64,000 nucleotides of DNA from an uncultured delta proteobacterium (GTDB lineage: Bacteria; Desulfobacterota; Binatia; Binatales; Binataceae). Positions 40,284-50,020 of this stretch are shown piece by piece. The notes under the pieces were generated by a model, which did not search any database, was not told the origin of the DNA, and saw nothing but the letters and a program-made list of their open reading frames with translations. How positions within the stretch are numbered: the first letter of the stretch is position 1; each line of letters opens with the position of its first letter. The translations under genes were made by a program, and so were the position numbers. The stretch lies in NCBI GenBank assembly GCA_963724765.1, contig CAVRVY010000001.1, positions 1,184,001-1,248,000 on the forward strand, written 5' to 3'.

Positions 40284-41027
40284 TCAACCACAGATCGCGG
40301 TAAATCCCTCCCGCACAGGCAGGACCACGGCTCCAGAGCGGCGCGCGAGGTTCACCGCATATTCAAGCAGCTTAGGTGTGCATCCGAATCGAGAGGGCGC
40401 TTTGTCAACGTCATGCGTATAGAAAATGAGCCATGCATTCTCCCCGTTGGCCTTGTGAATCAGCTCTGACACTTGACTCATGTTAATCACGTCGTCATAC
40501 AAGCGAACGGCGCGCAGCCTTGCGGGATTGAGAACGCCTTCGTTCAGGCCGAACTCGGAGCTGCGGCACGCAACAAATCGTCGCTGCAACCTGCGCGTCG
40601 AAAGGACTGACAGATCTCCGTACGGATATGCGAAGGTTTCCATAGCGAGCCCCGGAAGGTAGCTCGCAATGAACGCAGCATTACGATTGATTTCTTCGTC
40701 GAGTGCAAGCCCGGTCAGGGCGGAGACGCGTTGATGATGAAATGTGTGAGATCCGATTTCGTGTCTAGCCTCCGCAAGTGTAAGAAGGTCCGCAGCGCGG
40801 TATTGGGGTATTCCGTCAATGGTTTGGTCGCAATACGAACCAGCCGCATAGAATGTACCGCGCGTATCATGCTCTTGCAAAATGCTTGCTCCATTAAATA
40901 CCGCGGAGCGCGGGAAGTCGTCGAATGTGAAGGAGACAATTGCCCATTGGTTACGCATCCGGACAGATTTGCGGATCAACACCTTGCTAGCGAGACGACG
41001 GAGCAATTCGGGACTCGCTACCTTCAA
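40284..41027 (-). CDS. CE4 polysaccharide deacetylase (HfsH-like)
   Basis: SFTFDD, RGTFY, HEIGSHT..H, FAYPYG and WLIFYTHDV...PSRFGCT. Confidence 0.9.
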   Translation of the reverse strand: MKVASPELLRRLASKVLIRKSVRMRNQWAIVSFTFDDFPRSAVFNGASILQEHDTRGTFYAAGSYCDQTIDGIPQYRAADLLTLAEARHEIGSHTFHHQRVSALTGLALDEEINRNAAFIASYLPGLAMETFAYPYGDLSVLSTRRLQRRFVACRSSEFGLNEGVLNPARLRAVRLYDDVINMSQVSELIHKANGENAWLIFYTHDVDKAPSRFGCTPKLLEYAVNLARRSGAVVLPVREGFTAICG

Positions 41028-41141
41028 TGCCGCCTCCTTCTGGCCTTCTCCTTACGGGGCCGGACTTTTACTCTTGCGCTATCCTGAATAAGCGTCGCTA
41101 CGTCGTGGATTGGGGGCCGCCTGTAATTCACCCTGCGTAAA

Positions 41142-42299
41142 TTAAAGTCTTCGCCTTGCCTGCCGGATCCGATCGATAGTCCTGCGCCAAAGCAGGGCCA
41201 CTAATCCCTTGGCGCTCGACGGAATCACCGCGTCGCGCAATAAAATGTCGGCATTGCAATAAAGATTCTTGTATGTTTCGTTTCCAATTCCGAAGTCGTA
41301 AAAAGTGATCCCATTGCCAAAGCACCACTCAAAGACTTTTTCGATCAAAATGCGGCCCGGTGAGTAATCATGCCAATGCGGATCGAAACTACAGATCTGG
41401 CCAATGAGCCGAGGCCCGGCGACGCAACACAACTGAGCAGCGATAATGCTATCGTCCAGCTTCAGGGCGAACATACATACAGGTCCCGCTGGATAAAGAA
41501 GATCTCTTGCCTTGCTCAAATAGGCGCGATAGCCGGGATGGTCGAAAGAGTTGTACCCAACCGTCTCGAAACAGCGTAGCAGCTTGTGCCGGATCAATGC
41601 CTCAACCGAGCGGTCGTATTGTTCCGGAGTGTCCGCAACTTCGAATCTCAAAGTTCCGGTCTCGCTGAGACGGCGGCTCAGCCGGCGAAGGTTGCGGCGG
41701 CTCGGAAGCTTGGTCGCGAAGTCCTGCCACGTTCCTGACAGGGTCGCCCCATGGCCGGAGCCTTCACGCGCCGACGTCCTTAGCAAGTTCAAAGGGTTCG
41801 GCAAATCGCCTACGCGCTCGGGCATCTTTTCCAAAATCGCGATATCGAAGGCTGGGATATGTCTTCGCAGCGCATTCCAAAGCGTGCGAACAGTTTCTGT
41901 GTTCCAATCCGCGACCGGTGGAAACACGACGGGTGCATTATAGTCGCTCAGACCCCCGTCCAGAAACTTCAAGACGCGGGTTTGCTTGAAGACGCGAGTG
42001 AACCTGGAATCAGTTTCGATACTTAACGGGAGCAGTGCGAGTGGCTCGTCATTGTGTCCAATGATCGCGACGAACAGAGGTGTAGCGTGTCGAGCGATGG
42101 CAATTGTCTCGCAGTGCAGTTCGAGTATATCGGAGCATTGAAAGACGTGGCAGCGCGCTGTGGCGAGTCTGTCGCTGCGCGGCCACAAGCCCGCGAAATC
42201 CCGGATGTCATTCGTTATACATATCCGCGCAGGTACAGAGCGGGGCGCAAGGCGCCGGAATGCGTTATGAAATGTAACGAGTGGAAAGTCGTGAATCAT
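41142..42299 (-). CDS. CelD/BcsL-type GNAT N-acyltransferase
   Basis: ALLPL, LSDYNAP, RRNLRRLSRRL, YSPGRIL and YDFGIGNETYK. Confidence 0.9.
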   Translation of the reverse strand: MIHDFPLVTFHNAFRRLAPRSVPARICITNDIRDFAGLWPRSDRLATARCHVFQCSDILELHCETIAIARHATPLFVAIIGHNDEPLALLPLSIETDSRFTRVFKQTRVLKFLDGGLSDYNAPVVFPPVADWNTETVRTLWNALRRHIPAFDIAILEKMPERVGDLPNPLNLLRTSAREGSGHGATLSGTWQDFATKLPSRRNLRRLSRRLSETGTLRFEVADTPEQYDRSVEALIRHKLLRCFETVGYNSFDHPGYRAYLSKARDLLYPAGPVCMFALKLDDSIIAAQLCCVAGPRLIGQICSFDPHWHDYSPGRILIEKVFEWCFGNGITFYDFGIGNETYKNLYCNADILLRDAVIPSSAKGLVALLWRRTIDRIRQARRRL

Positions 42300-42413
42300 A
42301 TGTCGATATAGTGGGACGAACTGGGAGTCTGTCGACCTGAAGGCTCTGAGTGATGGACAGGTGATATGCTATCTCAATCTCGCTTCGCGACGATATAAAC
42401 TTAGTTGCCGTCG

Positions 42414-42612
42414 GCTCGCAATGAACGCAGCATTACGATTGATTGTCTGTCTTCGCCGAGTGCAAGCCCGGTGAGGGCGGCGACGCGTTGATGATGAAAT
42501 GTGTGACATCCGATTTCGTGTCTAGCCTCCGCAAGTGCAAGAAGGTCCGCAACGCGGTATTGGGGTATTCCGTCGATGATGTGGGCGCAATACGAACGAG
42601 CCGCATAGAATG
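42414..42612 (-). pseudogene. Duplicated internal fragment of the deacetylase gene (direct repeat of 40662-40855)
   Basis: About 200 bp nearly identical to 40662-40855, with scattered substitutions and a short insertion. Confidence 0.9.
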
Positions 42613-42640
42613 AAGCGTCTGTGAGTGGCTGTGCAATGCT

Positions 42641-43549
42641 TTAGGCTGTTCTCCGGAAGACAATTTGGCATTCGTCAAACTCTTGGCGTGGCACGGGAAG
42701 CAATTCGCTCACCTCTGTGCCAAAATAGAAGTCCGGAGAGTAGCTATTCGGGATTTGGAATGGAAGGAACCCATAGTCTGCGAATATCGCCACAAATTGC
42801 TTTAGTGAAACTCCAAAATCGCAGAATGTGGAGGAAGTGACCTCAACAATGATGTCAACATTTCGAGCCAGAATCGGCAGGACATCGCGCATCCCCTTAA
42901 TAACCAACCATTCGGCGCCTTCGACGTCAATTTTGATAAGGCGGGCAGCACAAATATCTGCGATCGGAACAATCTCTGACAGTGGACGGCCATCCACGAT
43001 AGCCTCTTCAGTGTATCCCTGCTTCAGCCCCTCGCTCGACTTAACTGTTGTTTTGCCTAAATTCCAGCCATCGTGCAAAAACACTTGGACCCTCTGAGAG
43101 CGGTCTAAGACTGCGAAATTATAGGCGAAGACATTATGTGCATGGTTTGCATCCAAATTGCGCCGTAGCCGCTGGAAGATGGTAGGCGATGCCTCCACTG
43201 CATGCACTCGACCGGTAGCTCCGACAAGCTGTGCAGCGAGCAACGCATGCGCACCCACGTTGGCTCCGATGTCGATAGCAACGTCTCCCCTGCGGAGTGT
43301 GTTCTTGTAATAGGCAGTGACACTTGGCTCCCACACGCCGAAAAAATACACATAACGGTGAATTGTATCTTGCAAATATCCATAAAGAACTGCGCCGTTC
43401 TTAAGCCGCGCGAGCATCTCAACCTTGTGATACGATAGGAGACGAGTCACAATTATTGTCCATGTTTTGTATTTTCCTTTACGTATTGGGCAGAAGCGAT
43501 AATACAATCGGAGTAACTTACACATAAGTTGTAGCGCATGATCTGTCAT
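42641..43549 (-). CDS. FkbM-family methyltransferase
   Basis: GVWEP, IDIGANVG, VEASP and LIKIDVEGAE. Confidence 0.92.
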   Translation of the reverse strand: MTDHALQLMCKLLRLYYRFCPIRKGKYKTWTIIVTRLLSYHKVEMLARLKNGAVLYGYLQDTIHRYVYFFGVWEPSVTAYYKNTLRRGDVAIDIGANVGAHALLAAQLVGATGRVHAVEASPTIFQRLRRNLDANHAHNVFAYNFAVLDRSQRVQVFLHDGWNLGKTTVKSSEGLKQGYTEEAIVDGRPLSEIVPIADICAARLIKIDVEGAEWLVIKGMRDVLPILARNVDIIVEVTSSTFCDFGVSLKQFVAIFADYGFLPFQIPNSYSPDFYFGTEVSELLPVPRQEFDECQIVFRRTA

Positions 43550-43563
43550 GAGAGTAACGGATA

Positions 43564-43752
43564 TTAGAGAGTTGCGGAATAAATGTAACAGCCGCCGGAC
43601 AAAACGTGGTATCTGACCTGATTCAAGACCGATTGCGGATCTTCATAGGGAATGCAGCCTATTCCGTTGAACGAAAACATGGCGGAGTCGGCCGAGTGTG
43701 CCAACCGCAGATCCGTAAGTGTCCAATTATTCGCTCTCTGGCAGGCGTCCAC
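43564..43752 (-). pseudogene. Degenerate class I methyltransferase fragment
   Basis: AMFSFNGIGCIPYEDPQSVLNQVRYHVLSGGCYIYS resembles the FSFNGID...L.E..RVL.PGG.F.FS motif. Confidence 0.5.
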
Positions 43753-43892
43753 AAACTGAGAGTCACGACAGATGGCTAGGTGTGCGTTTATATATTTCCT
43801 GAGCTCGAAAGGAGCGCGGAAAATATTTTCTGAGCTTTAAGAGAGCGCGAAGGTTCCAAAAGCCCTTCACCGGACAGTTGTTTCGGCGCAGC

Positions 43893-45428
43893 TTATGCCG
43901 TCGGCGAAGTGGAGTTCAATTTGAAAATAGTAAGCACCTTAGCGCGGTCGTCCGCGCCGAGTAGTACGATCCAGGCCGCCGCAACCGTCACCACCACCAC
44001 TGCAGAGGTCAGCGCTACCTTCGCCTCGAACGTACCCGGCACTACGGCCATCGCCAGTCCGGCGCTGAGGGCCAGCATGAACCACGCGAGCCGGCGCCCT
44101 CCATGTGCGATTTCGGGGAGCAGGATGCGCGCCGCGATCCAGTTCGCTGCCGCGTCGGCGCCTGCGCGAACCAGACGCGCGATGGCCGCTCCCTCGGCTC
44201 CGCGCCAGTAAACCATCGTGCCCATGAAGCCGAGGTACAGCGGAAGCTCAACCGCCTGGATTTTGGTGATGACGTCCGGACGATGCGCGGCTCCATTGAG
44301 GGCAGTGGCGATGTTCCCCACTCCTTCGAGTAGGGCGGAAATCGCGAGCAACTGGACAAGCAGCGCGCTATGCGCAGCGAACTTCGCGCCAATCCACAGC
44401 GTCATCAACTCGCGCGCGAACACCACTACTATCAGCACGATCGGAAACATGAACAGGACCGTTGCCTTCGCGCCACGATCGAACAGCATCCGGGTCCGCG
44501 CCCGATCCGAGGTCAGACTGTGAGCGAACGCCGGATAAAGAACCCGGTTAATGAGCCACGGGATGACGCTGAGCTTGTGCAAAATTCGCGCGGGCACGAT
44601 GTAATACGATACCGCGTCGATCGAAGCCAGGGCGGCGATCGTGAAGCGGTCGAAGCTGCTCATAATCATGCCGACCAGGTTCGAAGATGCGACCCAGAAG
44701 CCGAAGCCAACCAGCCCCGGAACCATCGCCGCCCGAAAACGCATTCGCCGCAGCAGCGCGGGAACCGCGTGCATGCACATCGCGAAGTACACCAGCCAGG
44801 TGATCGCATGTAGCAGGAAAAGCACGGCGACGATCGGCACGATACTGTGCGAGAACGGCAGCACGCACAGCGGTCCGAGCGACGCGAGGATCGCGTTGGG
44901 GCTGCTCACGAGATTGATCAGACCGAAACGCTGATGAGCCGCCAGAATTCCGGTCAGAACGTAGATCGTCACGCAGATTGGGATCCCAAGCGCGAGCACG
45001 TACATTGCTCGCAGTGTCTCGCTTTGCAGGCTTGGCGAAACCTTGAACAGATGGTTGACCACCGGATGCGCGAACGCGCTTAAAAGCATGGTGCCGATCA
45101 GACCGAAGGTCGCGGTCGCCGCGAGTGCCGTGCCGAAGAGTGACGGAATCTCATCCTCGCGTCCGGTCGCCAATCGATCGGAAGCCAGTTTGGTAAGTGC
45201 CGACGAGACCCCGAGATCGAGCAGGCTGAAGTAGCCGAATACTGTCCATACCAGCGCGAGAATTCCGAAGCGTTCGACGCCGAGCGCGTGAATCAGGATC
45301 GGCATCGCGATGAACGCCGCGATGAGCGGGCCGACCTCGCCGGCGCCGTTCCAGACAACGTTGCGAATCAGGCGCCGGCCGCTGGTCAGCGAGGTGTCGC
45401 TATGTATACCCATGTCTTCGATCATCAC
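43893..45428 (-). CDS. wzx: Wzx flippase
   Basis: Many TM segments; LGVERFGIL, LLDLG and DRFTI..L....VSYY. Confidence 0.9.
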   Translation of the reverse strand: MMIEDMGIHSDTSLTSGRRLIRNVVWNGAGEVGPLIAAFIAMPILIHALGVERFGILALVWTVFGYFSLLDLGVSSALTKLASDRLATGREDEIPSLFGTALAATATFGLIGTMLLSAFAHPVVNHLFKVSPSLQSETLRAMYVLALGIPICVTIYVLTGILAAHQRFGLINLVSSPNAILASLGPLCVLPFSHSIVPIVAVLFLLHAITWLVYFAMCMHAVPALLRRMRFRAAMVPGLVGFGFWVASSNLVGMIMSSFDRFTIAALASIDAVSYYIVPARILHKLSVIPWLINRVLYPAFAHSLTSDRARTRMLFDRGAKATVLFMFPIVLIVVVFARELMTLWIGAKFAAHSALLVQLLAISALLEGVGNIATALNGAAHRPDVITKIQAVELPLYLGFMGTMVYWRGAEGAAIARLVRAGADAAANWIAARILLPEIAHGGRRLAWFMLALSAGLAMAVVPGTFEAKVALTSAVVVVTVAAAWIVLLGADDRAKVLTIFKLNSTSPTA

Positions 45429-45688
45429 TCAGATACTTCTTGATTCACGCGCGGTCTTCGCCTGTATTGCGTGCGTATTTTCCAGAGCCCGCCTAGCGGT
45501 TAAACTCTTTGGGGCGAAAGTGGTAGTGGCCTCCCCCGGGGCGTCATTGTAGTTTTCCGAAAAAAAGGCGGTCGCCGGTGTCGAAGAAGTCAGCCCGGAC
45601 AAAGTCCAAGTCCCGGCCTAGCGTTTTTGCGGCGGTGATCATGCCCGCGAGGTCCGTGGGCCGTGACATGTGGCGAAACCTTTTTCAG

Positions 45689-46693
45689 CTAACAGCGAGC
45701 GATTGCGTTGATTTCTTCGCCAGCGCTCGCGTCTCGCAGAAGCTTCACGGACTCTGCAAGCGTCATTCGGAGACTGTGAATGCGTGACGCCGCCCTTGCA
45801 ATGCTGGGGTTGTTGCCATCGGCACGCTCCGGCCGGCCTTTCGCAAACACACGGTAAGCACCGCGAATCGAAGTGTGAATCGAGACATTGGCAAAGCCCG
45901 CATCAGCGCATACGCGGCGCATCGACGGAACTGAAAAAATGCTGAGATGGCGCGGCGGGTCCAAAAAGTCCCAGCTCGCGCCCATCATCCGATGCCCCCA
46001 GCTCGAACCGTTGGGAGTGGCGCAAAAGAGGTGGCCGCCCGGAACCATCAAACGGCGGATCTCGCGGAGCAGCGCAAGAGGATCATGCACATGCTCGATA
46101 ACGTGGCTCAACAGCACGACATGAAAATGGCCGTTAGGATAGTGCTGCGCTTCCAGCGTGCCGAGCTGTACCGGAAGCTCTCGTTCGCGGGCGAACTGTA
46201 CCGCGACGGGATCGAAATCAACTCCCTCCGCATCCCAGCCTGTCGCTCGCGCAAACGACAGCATCTCACCCGCGCCGCATCCCATATCGAGCAGGCGGCC
46301 GCGTGGAAGTTCGGTCAGATATCGAGCGGGGAACTCGACAACGCGGCGGGTCGCAGGGTAGATCTTTGCTGCAAGCCCGAGAATTTTATCCACCACGCCG
46401 CCGCGATCGGCGTAATTCAGCTTTGCTGCCAGGTACCCATGCTTTATGCGCCTTTCGAGCCCCGCCTCCGGTTCGTGATGAGTGTAATACTCGCCTTTGT
46501 ACGCCTTTCCGATATCATTCTCAGTCGGAACCGGGTCGAGCCACAGCAGGCGGCATTCACTGTTGTCGCAAGCGCGGATATTCCATTCGCCGAAGTTGGA
46601 GTCAGTCAGCGCGTGATAAATCTCGCCTCCCGAACTACCGCATATGCGGCATTGAGGATTCGGACGCGTCGTGATCGAAGCAACTGGATTCAT
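45689..46693 (-). CDS. Class I SAM methyltransferase with N-terminal Zn ribbon; start uncertain (track start 46768)
   Basis: CRICG...C..SEC.L.WLDP, LLDMGCGAG, SHVIEHV.DP, TPN and DPPRHL. Confidence 0.88.
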   Translation of the reverse strand: MNPVASITTRPNPQCRICGSSGGEIYHALTDSNFGEWNIRACDNSECRLLWLDPVPTENDIGKAYKGEYYTHHEPEAGLERRIKHGYLAAKLNYADRGGVVDKILGLAAKIYPATRRVVEFPARYLTELPRGRLLDMGCGAGEMLSFARATGWDAEGVDFDPVAVQFARERELPVQLGTLEAQHYPNGHFHVVLLSHVIEHVHDPLALLREIRRLMVPGGHLFCATPNGSSWGHRMMGASWDFLDPPRHLSIFSVPSMRRVCADAGFANVSIHTSIRGAYRVFAKGRPERADGNNPSIARAASRIHSLRMTLAESVKLLRDASAGEEINAIARC

Positions 46694-46721
46694 ACGGCTA
46701 ATGTCGTAATCAACAAGCGCC

Positions 46722-47936
46722 CTACCGGGCTTCTGCATCAGCGTCAAATTGCAAACCTCTACGGCCATTCAGCTCATTTGTTATCAGCGTCAGCGTCTTA
46801 TTCCAGACCTCCTCAACCGTTATGTTGGTCAGGCACGGTGCGCAGGCGCCGGACGCGGGTTTGTACCGGCACGACCAACCGCACCCGAAGCATTCCATCG
46901 GATAGGCCGCAACGGCGGGGAAAGGCCTTACGTCCCCATCGTATGTTTCGTAAGGCAGAAACCTGCCGAAGTGGCCCCCGCCGACGACCGACACACATGG
47001 GATGCCGAGAGCTGCGGCAAGATGGATCGGGCCTGACTCGTTGCCGATTAGCAGACGGGCGCGAGAGATTATTGAGACTAGCCCGGTCAGCGTGGTCTTT
47101 CCGGCATAGTTTTCCAGGCGAGCGGAAGCCGCGCCGACCAGCCGCGTGGCGATGCCGGTCTCGGCGCCTGCGCCGCATACTATACCCCTCCATCCGGTAC
47201 GACGAGAGATCAGCTCGGCAATACGCACGAAATTTCCTATCGGCCATTGCCTGATAGCATGACTGGCTCCCGGACAAAGGATGTAAAACGGCTCTGCTCC
47301 AATATCGGCCGGAGGTGGCGCCGTCGGCTCCAGCCAAGGCGTCTGTAAGGAGAAGTCCGTCACGCCAAGCCCTCGGACGAATTCGGCGTTGCGTCGCAAT
47401 TGGTTTGTGGATTCGCTCGGCGATCCGTAAATCAGCCGGGTGTACCATCGATCACTGACCCACCGCTCGGCAGGTGTCAGCAGTTCCATGCAACCCGCGA
47501 ATCCGATTCGCTCGGGCGCGCCGCTCGCGCGAACCACCGCATCACCCCAGAGAAAATCCCGGCAGAAGGTGGGATGGATTGTCACCGAAAAACCGCCAGT
47601 GGCGACGCGCCTAAGAATCTGAAACCGATAGAACGGATTCAGGACGAAACGCCTGCGGTCTAGCTGCCATACTTCGTCGAAGCAGCCGATTTCGCGGGCG
47701 AGGGTGGCCCACGCGCGATTGCCCAGCAGCGTCAGATGGTAGCGGCCGGGCGGATAAAGCCTGCGCAGCGCCCTTGCCGCGTCGAGCCACAGAATAAAGT
47801 CACCGATCGCGTCCAGGCGAACGGCCAGAATCCTGTCGGCCACTGGCTTTCGCCGGAAGCTTCGTGCGGCGAGGTCGAACGCGCTCAGCGAGGCAATCCA
47901 CCACGCCAGCCGACATCTTAGCTGTGATTTCGTCAT
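46722..47936 (-). CDS. Glycosyltransferase family 9 (heptosyltransferase-like)
   Basis: RLDAIGD, PGAS...RQWP, AGKTTL and GNESGPIHLAAALG. Confidence 0.9.
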   Translation of the reverse strand: MTKSQLRCRLAWWIASLSAFDLAARSFRRKPVADRILAVRLDAIGDFILWLDAARALRRLYPPGRYHLTLLGNRAWATLAREIGCFDEVWQLDRRRFVLNPFYRFQILRRVATGGFSVTIHPTFCRDFLWGDAVVRASGAPERIGFAGCMELLTPAERWVSDRWYTRLIYGSPSESTNQLRRNAEFVRGLGVTDFSLQTPWLEPTAPPPADIGAEPFYILCPGASHAIRQWPIGNFVRIAELISRRTGWRGIVCGAGAETGIATRLVGAASARLENYAGKTTLTGLVSIISRARLLIGNESGPIHLAAALGIPCVSVVGGGHFGRFLPYETYDGDVRPFPAVAAYPMECFGCGWSCRYKPASGACAPCLTNITVEEVWNKTLTLITNELNGRRGLQFDADAEAR

Positions 47937-48271
47937 CTTTCTGGCATTCTCAGCGGCCGAACATATTCGAGATCGGGATAGCAGCCGGCCCTCGACCCCG
48001 CTGGCTCTGCTCTTCTACCTGTCTGAGCGTATATTTTCGGGTCAGGTCGGCTAGCAGCCGTCGCGACGCTTCAAGGTGAGCATTTTCACTCGTCCAGATA
48101 GTACTGATGTGACCAAATGATTTCTGCGCTCAGTATAGCTCGTTCGGCGAATGACAAGTCGGCAATATCATCACTGCTCCGGACATACTTAACACTGTAT
48201 GGCCTTTGTCACGGAGCAGTTCCGCCTCCGCCTCGAAGAATACGTTTTCGCCGCTCGGGGCTGGATAGTAG

Positions 48272-49732
48272 TTATGCGCGAGAAAGATTGAGAGCATACT
48301 GGGCATTTGGCCGCCTCCATGCCGACGCGACCTCTTGACATTCTATCAAGCGCTGACCGATCGCCATGACGATCCAAAACACAGCATTTAACATAGGTCG
48401 CTCGAAGAACAGCACGAACATCGCGAAGCCGAACATCATGGCGAGAATATTCGTAACCGCGAGCTCGTCGGCTCTGCGTGTGTGTCTCGACACGACAAAC
48501 AGACGTCCCAGAATAAGGAGCCAGCAGAAAAGAACACACATCAGACCGAGCATACCCATTCGGGCTGCGAGGAAAAGAAACGTATTGTGAGGCATCCCCA
48601 TGTTGAAGCTGCCCTGCCGCTCCGTCCCCTGTATAGAAGGGAGGGTGGAAGGAAGAAGCATACGGCCAAAGCCCACTCCGAACACAGGATGTTTCAGCCA
48701 TAGCGCGAAAGTAATCCTCCATCGTATCAGCCGAAAATAGGACGTAGGATCTGGTGGACCGCCTGATGCGCCACCGGTCGCACTGAGCACAGAGAGCCGA
48801 AGTCCCTGCAGGAGCCCGGCACCCGGAATGGCCAATGGTATCAATGGCGACAAAAAAACCAGCAAGGCAAGAAACCCAGCGAATAGTGCGTAACGGATGC
48901 GATATCTCGGCGATGCGCACAGGAAAGTCACACCCGAAGCGATAGCCACCCCTACCACCCCTGACCGGCTGGTGGTTGCGGCAAGAGCAAAAAAGCATGC
49001 GATGGCGCACAGGATGTGGAAACGGCGCAGTTTACGCTCGAAGGTGACGTAGGCAAACAGAGCCCCCAAGGAAAATACGCTGAACGCGCCTGCGTCTCCG
49101 CTGCCCATCTCGGGAACTGCTTGGCCGAGAATAAGACGCGTGCCCTCACCGAACAGGCCGAGGTTAACGCCGCTGGCTATCTGGAACAGCAACATGAGTG
49201 CAAGTACCACCCCGGCGTAAGTAAGGTACCGTAGCAGCCTTACCGCATCGCGACGGTCGCGGATCGCGAAGCACGTGAGAGGAAAGAACAAGCTGTAGCC
49301 GAAGATCGCCAGGTCGCGCACCGCGTAGAGACCATATTCGGAGAAGGCGAGCACGAAATAGACGGTCGCCAAGATGCAGAGGATCCAGACAACGCGGCCG
49401 ACCGGGCCGGCCCCGACGCCCTCCGATAGCCAGTAAACGATCCGTGATGGCCATCGGACTAACGATACGCCGAAAAGTAGCAGAAGCGTGATATCCGTCA
49501 GAAAGATTGGAGCCGGGCCGATGTATATGCCGAGTTTCGCGGCACGTAGGTCCCCAACACCCATTACAATGATGTAGGCCAGGATGAGCCACAGTTCCAG
49601 TGTCATCCCCCGAAGCCCAAGCACTCCAGCCATGGAATCGCGCGAAGGCGCCGGTACCACCGGCGTCGCGTACGGTGCCCCGGGCACGCGTGCCGCCGAG
49701 ATCTGCTGCCGTGAAAAAGCGTGTGTCGTCAT
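48272..49732 (-). CDS. O-antigen ligase/Wzy polymerase family membrane protein
   Basis: Polytopic membrane protein; TTSRSG, FRLIRW, HPVFGVGFG and PHNTFL (Wzy_C motifs). Confidence 0.85.
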   Translation of the reverse strand: MTTHAFSRQQISAARVPGAPYATPVVPAPSRDSMAGVLGLRGMTLELWLILAYIIVMGVGDLRAAKLGIYIGPAPIFLTDITLLLLFGVSLVRWPSRIVYWLSEGVGAGPVGRVVWILCILATVYFVLAFSEYGLYAVRDLAIFGYSLFFPLTCFAIRDRRDAVRLLRYLTYAGVVLALMLLFQIASGVNLGLFGEGTRLILGQAVPEMGSGDAGAFSVFSLGALFAYVTFERKLRRFHILCAIACFFALAATTSRSGVVGVAIASGVTFLCASPRYRIRYALFAGFLALLVFLSPLIPLAIPGAGLLQGLRLSVLSATGGASGGPPDPTSYFRLIRWRITFALWLKHPVFGVGFGRMLLPSTLPSIQGTERQGSFNMGMPHNTFLFLAARMGMLGLMCVLFCWLLILGRLFVVSRHTRRADELAVTNILAMMFGFAMFVLFFERPMLNAVFWIVMAIGQRLIECQEVASAWRRPNAQYALNLSRA

Positions 49733-50020
49733 TTCGCAATTACCCGCCTCGCCTCCGCGGCGCCATGGGCATCGCAGCGACGCTGTGCGCAGGTATGCAT
49801 CTCGTCACAACCAGTAGTCGTGCGGGTCGTCACGCGTGGGAGCCCGATTCAGGCACATGCTGACGCCAGCAATCACTTGCGCTCGTACCGCTAATAGCCG
49901 ACGCTCTATCGCAGATTCTTCCGCCAGACGCGAACGCCGCCGCACCAATATTCCAATACTCTTTCGGTGAGACTCTTGCGCTGGAAATACTTCGGCTGAC
50001 CCGCTTGCGCTGCGCGAGAG

